Source of the DNA: Cycloclasticus sp. symbiont of Poecilosclerida sp. M
GTDB lineage: Bacteria > Pseudomonadota > Gammaproteobacteria > Methylococcales > Cycloclasticaceae
Assembly (NCBI GenBank): GCA_002101225.1
Contig: LWTN01000244.1
Coordinates: forward strand, 22,584-86,583
Length of the DNA stretch: 64,000 nucleotides
Direction: 5' to 3'
The position numbers and the translations under genes are program-made. The notes under the pieces were generated by a model that was given only the letters and a program-made list of their open reading frames with translations, was not told the DNA's origin and did no database searches. Positions 56,699 to 64,000 of the stretch are shown piece by piece. Numbering within the stretch: position 1 is the stretch's first letter; each line of letters starts with the position of its first letter.

Positions 56699-58660
56699 AT
56701 GTTACTTGGCGTTGATACAGGCGGTACTTTTACGGACTTTGTGGTTGTCATTGATGGGCAGGTGCGTATACACAAAGTGCTTTCTACGCCTAAAGCGCCT
56801 GAGCAGGCGATATTGCAAGGTATAAAAGAACTTGGCGTGGGTAGCGATGCGTTATTAATTGTTCATGGTTCAACGGTGGCGACTAACGCGGTGCTGGAGA
56901 AGAAGGGCGTTCGCTGTTGTTTCATTACGAACACAGGCCTCGCAGATTTGTTGACGATTGGCCGCCAAGCACGCAAAGAACTCTACAATTTAAACCCCAA
57001 GCCTGTGCCCCCACCCGTGCCCGCAGGAGATTGTTTAGAAGTGCCGAGCCGTGTTTCTGCACAAGCTGAGAAGATTGAGTCGATGAGTGAGGAGGCGTTG
57101 CAAAAACTCATTCAGCAAGTAGAAGACCTAGCCCCCGAAGCGGTGGCGATTAATTTACTTTTTTCTTTTTTAAATGACGATGATGAGCGGCGCATAGAAC
57201 AGGCGATGCCCTCAGATATTTTTGTTTCTCGGTCTTCACGCGTGCTACCCGAATATAAGGAATATGAGCGGGGTATGGCGACATGGTTGAACGCCTACGT
57301 CGGCCCGTTGGTAACAGGCTACTTAGAGAGGCTGGTGGCTGCAGTGTCGGCTAAATCAGTTTCAGTTATGCAAAGTTCTGGCGGCACTATTGCGGCTAAT
57401 CTAGCTGGGGAGCAAGCCGTTAGGATGCTATTATCAGGCCCCGCAGGTGGTTTGATGGCGGCGCTACAAATGGGTAAGCAAGCCGGGTTTGAACGATTAT
57501 TAACCCTTGATATGGGTGGTACATCGACCGATGTGTCTCTATTAGATGGGGGTATTGGATTGACCAATGAAGGAAAAATTGCGGACTACCCCGTCGCAGT
57601 ACCGATGGTTGATATACACACGATTGGAGCGGGCGGGGGCTCGTTAGCCAGCATAGACAGCGGCGGTATGTTATGCGTTGGACCAGAGTCTGCGGGCGCT
57701 ATGCCAGGCCCTGTGTGTTATGGCAAAGGCGGGGAACAGGTGACCGTTACTGATGCTAATTTATTCTTAGGGCGCATTAGTGAGGATCATTTTCTAGGTG
57801 GCAAAATGAAAATTAATGTCGCCTCATCAAACAAAGCCGTAGAAGATTTGGCCGTTGAACTGGGTTGTAGCGCGAGGGGGGCAGCAGAAGGGGTTATTAA
57901 CTTAACCAATGAGCATATGGCTTCTGCATTGCGGGTTATATCTGTCCAGCGCGGCATAGACCCACGTCCTTATGCCTTGATGACATTCGGTGGGGCAGGC
58001 GGTTTGCACGTGTGTGCACTTGCTGAGGCTTTGGAAATTAAAACAGCCGTCGTGCCGGTGTGCTCAGGGGTGTTGTCCGCCTTTGGTATGTTGGTTGCGC
58101 CGCGCTCGAGAATGTTGTCTCAAAGTTTGGTCGGTGTGCTTAACGAGATGTCGATAAGTGATATTGAAGTGGAATTTAAAAAACTGGTAAATCAAGGAAC
58201 AGAAGAGCTGCTAGCGGAAGGCGTGCCTAAAGAAAAAATTAATAAAGAGTATCAGCTAGATTTACGCTATTTGGGGCAATCGTACACTTTATCTATTGCA
58301 TGGAAGAATAAACAAAGTGCGATTGATGCTTTTCATAAAACGCATGAGGCACGCTATGAGCATTCGCTAGACTTACCCGTTGAACTAGTAAACTTACGGG
58401 TTGCCTTATCAGGTGAGTTACCACAGCCTAATTTGAAAAAGCTACCCAGCGGCACAAACAAAGCTGCACTGGATAAGGTTGGAGACCAAAAGAGTGGAAT
58501 GATTAAACGGGTACAGCGTGAACAGTTAAGCCCTAACGATTGCTTTGAAGGGGAAGCGCTTATCGTTGAAACGGTAGCGACAACCTACCTTGCCCCTGGT
58601 TGGCGGTGCAAGGTAGATGATTACGGGAATTTGATTTTAACTAAAAACGAAAACAACTAA
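56699..58660 (+). CDS. Hydantoinase A / 5-oxoprolinase N-half family ATPase subunit
   Basis: DTGGTFTD, HGSTVATN, SGPAGG, DMGGTSTD, GAGGGS, GPESAGA.PGP, FGGAGGLH. Confidence 0.92.
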   Translation: MLLGVDTGGTFTDFVVVIDGQVRIHKVLSTPKAPEQAILQGIKELGVGSDALLIVHGSTVATNAVLEKKGVRCCFITNTGLADLLTIGRQARKELYNLNPKPVPPPVPAGDCLEVPSRVSAQAEKIESMSEEALQKLIQQVEDLAPEAVAINLLFSFLNDDDERRIEQAMPSDIFVSRSSRVLPEYKEYERGMATWLNAYVGPLVTGYLERLVAAVSAKSVSVMQSSGGTIAANLAGEQAVRMLLSGPAGGLMAALQMGKQAGFERLLTLDMGGTSTDVSLLDGGIGLTNEGKIADYPVAVPMVDIHTIGAGGGSLASIDSGGMLCVGPESAGAMPGPVCYGKGGEQVTVTDANLFLGRISEDHFLGGKMKINVASSNKAVEDLAVELGCSARGAAEGVINLTNEHMASALRVISVQRGIDPRPYALMTFGGAGGLHVCALAEALEIKTAVVPVCSGVLSAFGMLVAPRSRMLSQSLVGVLNEMSISDIEVEFKKLVNQGTEELLAEGVPKEKINKEYQLDLRYLGQSYTLSIAWKNKQSAIDAFHKTHEARYEHSLDLPVELVNLRVALSGELPQPNLKKLPSGTNKAALDKVGDQKSGMIKRVQREQLSPNDCFEGEALIVETVATTYLAPGWRCKVDDYGNLILTKNENN

Positions 58661-58670
58661 ATTGTTGAAT

Positions 58671-59198
58671 TTAGTAAACGCCACCTAGAGGGTGGGCAGG
58701 TACTTTAGAATCACAGGCGTGAATAGTCGCTTCAGGGTGGTGTTCTTTGATGCGATTACTAATATCGTCAACCTTGTCCACGGCAACGTCTACCATCATC
58801 AAGAATTGACCGCCTTCAATCGCTTCTTCAAACGCTTTCAAACGTGAATTGGGTGCGCTAATGCCAATCATCGCAGAGCCCCAAGAGCCGAGGCCAGCGC
58901 CAAAAAGTGCAACGCCAAGCACAGCGCCGCCGCCTAACACTAAACCAGCGGGAGGGAACGTCATGGCTACAAGGCCGGCTACGATGCCTGTAACACCGCC
59001 AACGGCTGCGCCTTGCTCAACGCTATGTATAAAATCACTGGATTGTAAAAGATTCGCTTCAGGGAGGTCTTTCATATTTGAGCCTTCTTTAGCTAAAACA
59101 TGAATATTTGATTCGGTAACGCGGGCTAATAACAGCTCGTTCACAACGCTTTCGGTTGCATCGTGAGTAGGTAATAAAAAATACAAACGTCTTTTCAT
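58671..59198 (-). CDS. DUF1269-like glycine-zipper membrane protein
   Basis: MKRRLYFLLP; Gly/Ala-rich hydrophobic core; IEGGQFLMMVDV. Confidence 0.7.
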   Translation of the reverse strand: MKRRLYFLLPTHDATESVVNELLLARVTESNIHVLAKEGSNMKDLPEANLLQSSDFIHSVEQGAAVGGVTGIVAGLVAMTFPPAGLVLGGGAVLGVALFGAGLGSWGSAMIGISAPNSRLKAFEEAIEGGQFLMMVDVAVDKVDDISNRIKEHHPEATIHACDSKVPAHPLGGVY

Positions 59199-59357
59199 AA
59201 GAGTACCTCTTCGTTATTAGCGATAACATAAGCTACCATATATTTAGGACGTGATAAAATCATTTGGTTCAAAGAAAAAAAGCGTGCTTTTTTGCTTTAG
59301 CGGTAGATTTAATTGAACTGGTGTGAGCGCTGGGCTTCTAAAGATAATTGTTAATAA

Positions 59358-61808
59358 ATGAGTGGGAAAATGGTAAAAGAAGATAAATGTTGTGGTTCAG
59401 TTTCGGGTTCTGAAAATAATTTAAAAGATCTCGTTTGTGGGATGAGTGTCACACCACAGGCGGTGCATAACACCACGTACAAAGGCAATTGGTTTGGGTT
59501 TTGTTGTGAAAGTTGTTTAAAAAAGTTTCAAGCAGACCCAGAAAGCTATTTGTCAAGTAAACGAAGGCCGCAGCCAGAGGCGGTAGAGGGCGCGCGTTAT
59601 ATTTGCCCGATGTGCCCTGGGGTTGAAAGTGATGGGCCTGATATTTGTCCCAAGTGTGGCATGGCGTTAGAACCAGAAACCTTTACACCACCGGCATCGG
59701 TGACAGAGTTTATTTGTCCGATGCACCTTGAGGTGGTTGAGCTTGAGCCAGGTTCTTGTGAGCTATGTGGTATGGCGCTTGAACCAAGAACGACTTTCAC
59801 AGAAGAGGAAAACTCTGAATTAGTCGACATGCAGCGACGTTTTAAAGTCAGCCTGATTTTTACCTTGCCGTTGTTCATTGTAGCCATGTCGGAGATGCTT
59901 CCAAGCCAGCCTTTCTTGCAGTTGTTTTCAGATGAGGTATTGCAATGGCTGCAATTAGGCTTAGCAACCCCTGTGGTTCTGTGGGCTGGTTGGCCTTTTA
60001 TCGAACGCGCTGTGCAGTCCGTTAAGACGTGGAATTTAAACATGTTTACCTTGATTGGCTTGGGGGTTTCAGTCGCGTGGATTTATAGCTTAATGGCTGT
60101 TGTTTCACCGTCACTTTTCCCACACCAGATGCTTGATGTGCACGGTGTTATCCCCGTATATTTTGAAGCGGCAGCGGTCATCATTACTTTAGTTATTTTG
60201 GGGCAGGTGCTTGAATTAAGAGCGCGTGGGCAGACTAACGAAGCGGTACGTCAACTACTCGGCCTCTCGCCAAGTATAGTCAGATTGGTTCGCGCCGATG
60301 GTGTGGAAGAAGACGTATTGTTGGAGAAAGTAATCGTTGGCGACATCTTACGCGTTCGCCCTGGTGAGAAAATTCCTGTAGATGGCGTACTGGTAGAGGG
60401 TTATTCATCAGTAGATGAATCCATGGTTTCAGGTGAACCCATGCCGCTTGAAAAGAAGCTTAATCACAAGCTTGTGGGTGGCACGGTTAATGGTTCTGGT
60501 GGCTTCAAAATGCGGGCGGAACACGTAGGGGGTGAGACCTTGCTGGCTCAAATTATTACTATGGTAGGCGAGGCGCAGCGTAGCCGCGCGCCTATTCAGC
60601 GTTTAGCAGACGTTGTAGCGGGGTGGTTTGTACCGATTGTGGTTGGCATTTCAGTTTTAACTTTTCTCGTATGGACTTTTCTCGTCGCTGAGGCGGGTGT
60701 TTCGATCGCATTGGTTAATGCCGTTGCAGTGCTCATTATTGCGTGTCCGTGTGCATTAGGCTTGGCAACGCCGATGTCAATAATGGTGGGTATGGGGCGT
60801 GGGGCGGCTTCGGGCGTGCTAATAAAAAATGCAGAAATGCTAGAGCTAATGGAGCAGATAGATACCTTGGTTGTGGATAAAACAGGGACCTTAACAGAGG
60901 GGAAACCCAGTGTTACTCAAATTGATGCCCTAGTTGGTTTTGACGAAAACGATGTGCTATTGCTCGCCGCAAGTGTAGAAAAGGCCAGTGAGCACCCTTT
61001 GGCTGAGGCGATTGTACGAAAGCTATCTAACGTGGTGCCAGCTAAGGTCACCCAGTTTGAATCAATCCCTGGTAAAGGGGTAAAAGGCATCGTTAAGGGC
61101 TATACGGTTTTATTAGGGAGTCTGCGTTTCTTGCAAGAGCAAGGCGTAGATGTACAGTTATTAGAGCAAAAACACAGTACGAATGGAGGTTCAGGGATAA
61201 GTTTCTTTGTAGCTGTTAATCAACAAGCTGCAGGTATTATTTTTTTACAAGACGCGATAAAGCCGACCAGTTATCGCGCTATAAAACAACTCAAAGATGA
61301 GGGGTTAGATATTGTGATGTTGTCTGGCGATCAAGAAAGTACGGTCAAGTCAGTCGCCAATAGCTTAAATATCCGGCAATATCATGCGGGTATTTTGCCA
61401 GCAGAAAAATCCAATATAATCAAACAGCTACAAGCTGATGGGCGTAAGGTCGCCATGGCGGGTGATGGGGTTAACGATGCCCCAGCGTTAGCTCAGGCTG
61501 ACGTTGGGATTGCTATGGGAAGTAGTGGTTCGGCTGTTGCGATTGAGAGTGCGGGTGTGACGCTAGTAAAGGGCGACCTTAACGGTATCGTACAAGCGCG
61601 GAAACTCAGTCATGCCACGATGCGTAATATTCGCCAAAATTTGGCATTTGCTTTCTTTTACAACGCGCTAGGGGTGCCGGTAGCGGCAGGGGTGTTATAC
61701 CCAATTTTTGGACTCTTGTTATCTCCAATGATTGCGGCGGCGGCGATGAGCCTTAGTTCGGTTTCAGTGATTGCTAATGCGCTACGTTTAAAGGCCGTTA
61801 AGCTCTAA
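59358..61808 (+). CDS. copA: Cu(I)-translocating P1B-1 ATPase with N-terminal YHS and two CPM(H/C) metal-binding modules
   Basis: DLVCGM...FCCESC (YHS), [39 protein letters not shown]. Confidence 0.93.
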   Translation: MSGKMVKEDKCCGSVSGSENNLKDLVCGMSVTPQAVHNTTYKGNWFGFCCESCLKKFQADPESYLSSKRRPQPEAVEGARYICPMCPGVESDGPDICPKCGMALEPETFTPPASVTEFICPMHLEVVELEPGSCELCGMALEPRTTFTEEENSELVDMQRRFKVSLIFTLPLFIVAMSEMLPSQPFLQLFSDEVLQWLQLGLATPVVLWAGWPFIERAVQSVKTWNLNMFTLIGLGVSVAWIYSLMAVVSPSLFPHQMLDVHGVIPVYFEAAAVIITLVILGQVLELRARGQTNEAVRQLLGLSPSIVRLVRADGVEEDVLLEKVIVGDILRVRPGEKIPVDGVLVEGYSSVDESMVSGEPMPLEKKLNHKLVGGTVNGSGGFKMRAEHVGGETLLAQIITMVGEAQRSRAPIQRLADVVAGWFVPIVVGISVLTFLVWTFLVAEAGVSIALVNAVAVLIIACPCALGLATPMSIMVGMGRGAASGVLIKNAEMLELMEQIDTLVVDKTGTLTEGKPSVTQIDALVGFDENDVLLLAASVEKASEHPLAEAIVRKLSNVVPAKVTQFESIPGKGVKGIVKGYTVLLGSLRFLQEQGVDVQLLEQKHSTNGGSGISFFVAVNQQAAGIIFLQDAIKPTSYRAIKQLKDEGLDIVMLSGDQESTVKSVANSLNIRQYHAGILPAEKSNIIKQLQADGRKVAMAGDGVNDAPALAQADVGIAMGSSGSAVAIESAGVTLVKGDLNGIVQARKLSHATMRNIRQNLAFAFFYNALGVPVAAGVLYPIFGLLLSPMIAAAAMSLSSVSVIANALRLKAVKL

Positions 61809-62010
61809 ATTATGGAGGATCTTTGGTCTCTGAGGAGCGCGCGTTATTTTGTTTTTTAGCCGAGCAAAGTTGGTATTGTCAAAATTAAGTTTACTGTACA
61901 ATTCGTTCTAAATAGCTAAAGGGAAGCGAAGGATAGGTTAACGTACATGCGTTTTAATGAAAGCCGGTGCGGCTTATGAGCAAACAACTTAAATAGATCA
62001 GGAGTTAATT

Positions 62011-62931
62011 ATGGGAATGGATGACAGAGATGGCGTCATCTGGTTGGATGGTGAATGGGTTGGTTGGCGTGAAGCAAAAATTCACGTGTTAACGCATACA
62101 TTACATTATGGAATGGGTGTGTTCGAAGGAACTCGCGCATACGAAACGAGCAAAGGCCCCGCTATTTTTCGGTTACAAGATCATACCGACCGTCTGTTTA
62201 GATCTGCGCATATTTTGAATATGAAAATCCCTTTTGATAAGGACACGCTTAATCAAGTGCAACGCGAAGCGGTATCGAAAAATAATTTAAAATCAGCCTA
62301 CCTTCGCCCGATGTGTTTTTACGGGTCAGAAGGTATGGGTATTCGCGCCGACAGCCTTAAAGTTCATGTCATGGTAGCTGCTTGGGAGTGGGGTAAGTAC
62401 CTTGGCGAGGATGGTATCGAAAAGGGTATTCGTATTCGCACATCGTCCTATCTGCGTAATCACGTTAACAGTGTGATGTGTAAAGCCAAAGCAAACGGCA
62501 ATTACATGAACTCGATTTTAGCGCTTCAAGAAGCTATTGCCTGTGGCTACGACGAAGCAATGCTACTGGATCACGAAGGATATGTAGCCGAAGGCAGTGG
62601 CGAGAATATATTTTTGGTTCGCAACGATAAGTTAATAACACCTGATTTAACATCGGCATTAGAGGGCATTACACGCGAAACAATTTTCCAGTTGGCGGAA
62701 GAATGTCATCTACAAGTGATTGAAAAGCGTATTACGCGTGATGAAGTATATGTTGCCGACGAAGCTTTCTTTACAGGTACTGCTGCTGAAGTGACACCGA
62801 TTCGTGAGGTAGACGATCGCACGATTGGTAATGGCGGAAGAGGCCCTATTACAAAGCGGTTACAAACTTTGTATTTTGATGCGGTGCACGGGCGATCAGC
62901 TGAACACGAATATTGGTTGACATTCGTTTAG
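62011..62931 (+). CDS. ilvE: Branched-chain amino acid aminotransferase
   Basis: HTLHYGMGVFEG, KANGNY, EGSGEN, LEGITR, GTAAEVTP. Confidence 0.97.
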   Translation: MGMDDRDGVIWLDGEWVGWREAKIHVLTHTLHYGMGVFEGTRAYETSKGPAIFRLQDHTDRLFRSAHILNMKIPFDKDTLNQVQREAVSKNNLKSAYLRPMCFYGSEGMGIRADSLKVHVMVAAWEWGKYLGEDGIEKGIRIRTSSYLRNHVNSVMCKAKANGNYMNSILALQEAIACGYDEAMLLDHEGYVAEGSGENIFLVRNDKLITPDLTSALEGITRETIFQLAEECHLQVIEKRITRDEVYVADEAFFTGTAAEVTPIREVDDRTIGNGGRGPITKRLQTLYFDAVHGRSAEHEYWLTFV

Positions 62932-62944
62932 GTAACAATCTCCC

Positions 62945-63955
62945 TTGAAGCAGTCATTGCGAATTCTAGTCGTTGGCCCATCATGGGTCGGTGATATGGT
63001 GATGGCGCAAAGCTTATTTATGACGCTTAAGCAGCAACATGATAACTGCATTATTGACGTGCTCGCACCCAAGTGGTCTTTGGCGTTAATCGATAGAATG
63101 CCAGAAGTACGCAAAGCGGTTGTTATGCCGCTAGGCCATGGTCAGTTTGACTTTAAAGGGCGAAAAGCTCTTGGCATAAAGCTGAGAAACGAACAGTATG
63201 ATTGGGCTATTGCATTACCCAATTCATGGAAATCCGCCTTGATTCCCTATTTTGCCAACATACCCAAACGAACAGGTTACCTAGGTGAGATGCGTTGGGG
63301 TTTATTGAACGATTCGAGAAAATTAAACAAACAACACTTAACGAAAACGGTGCAGCGTTTTGTCGCTTTAGCAACAAAACCAAGCGATAAATTACCCACT
63401 ATTCCACAGCCACACTTATTAATAGACCCAGTTCGTGTAAAGGCGGTTAAACACAAGTTTGAGATTGGACAAAGTAACGCTCAGATATTAGGCCTATGCC
63501 CAGGGGCAGAATATGGCCCCGCAAAGCGTTGGCCAGAAGAGCATTATGCAGAAGTTGCTAAACACGCTATTGCTAAAGGCTGGCAAGTGTTTTTATTGGG
63601 TTCAAATAAAGACCAGCAAGTAACTGCAAATATCAATGCATTAATCGACAATAAATGTCGAGATTTCGCCGCTAAAACCAGCTTAACCGAAGCGTTGGAT
63701 CTAATATCAATTTGCAGTCAAATAATAAGCAACGACTCAGGCCTCATGCACGTTGCAGCGGCGCTTAACATAAAAACGATTGCGCTTTATGGCTCGTCGG
63801 ACCCTAACTTCACGCCACCTTTGAACCCCAAAGCAGACGTGGTTAGTTTAAGGCTGCCCTGTTCACCCTGCTTTAAACGTAAGTGCCCACTGGAGCATTT
63901 AGATTGTTTGAAAAAAATTACTCCATATAGAGTGATAAAACTTACGAGCTTTTAA
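62945..63955 (+). CDS. waaF: LPS heptosyltransferase II
   Basis: GPSWVGDMVM, PNSWKSA, CPGAEYGPAKRWP, NDSGLMH. Confidence 0.95.
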   Translation: MKQSLRILVVGPSWVGDMVMAQSLFMTLKQQHDNCIIDVLAPKWSLALIDRMPEVRKAVVMPLGHGQFDFKGRKALGIKLRNEQYDWAIALPNSWKSALIPYFANIPKRTGYLGEMRWGLLNDSRKLNKQHLTKTVQRFVALATKPSDKLPTIPQPHLLIDPVRVKAVKHKFEIGQSNAQILGLCPGAEYGPAKRWPEEHYAEVAKHAIAKGWQVFLLGSNKDQQVTANINALIDNKCRDFAAKTSLTEALDLISICSQIISNDSGLMHVAAALNIKTIALYGSSDPNFTPPLNPKADVVSLRLPCSPCFKRKCPLEHLDCLKKITPYRVIKLTSF

Positions 63956-64000
63956 TGGGTGCTTGCTAACAAATAGCTAAGGTCTTTGCCGCGAAAAAGC

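Noticed and set aside
59313-59344. CueR-activated copA promoter
   Set aside because: The long spacer is present, but the CueR inverted repeat is not.
63952-63999. C-terminus of a convergent minus-strand gene (LFRGKDLSYLLASTH*) overlapping the waaF stop
   Set aside because: Only 15 codons are visible at the window edge, so it cannot be supported or identified.

Overview
64 kb of mostly core chromosome from an aerobic gammaproteobacterium. My inference from gene content and order is a Cycloclasticus-like marine hydrocarbon oxidiser; this is not verified. Housekeeping blocks: dsbD/fxsA; pyrE-hemW-rdgB-rph/yicC-gmk-rpoZ-spoT-ridA-recG-ubiCA; comF/bioBFHCD; a cytochrome c oxidase operon; rpoH-ftsXEY; an M16 peptidase pair with rsmD-coaD-yfhL-ggt; mutM; copA; ilvE-waaF. 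I found no rRNA, tRNA, CRISPR array, IS element or prophage. The most interesting region is 4.6-12.8 kb. It holds moaA plus a complete five-gene tungsten-type aldehyde oxidoreductase cluster (aorABCDE layout), with an intrinsic terminator between aorB and aorC. It is transcribed divergently from an NMT1/SsuA-type ABC importer whose binding protein may be PqqT-like. Other notable items: an uncharacterised DUF1538-DUF1538-PII-CBS operon; a perfect CIRCE element overlapping a sigmaE-type promoter in front of rpoH; tandem PhaR-type boxes over the phasin promoter; an unannotated 33-aa membrane microprotein where ctaG/cox11 normally lies; a GldAFG-like ABC system with DUF4340; and an orphan hydantoinase-A gene. 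No database searches were run, so family calls rest on motifs and synteny recognised by eye.
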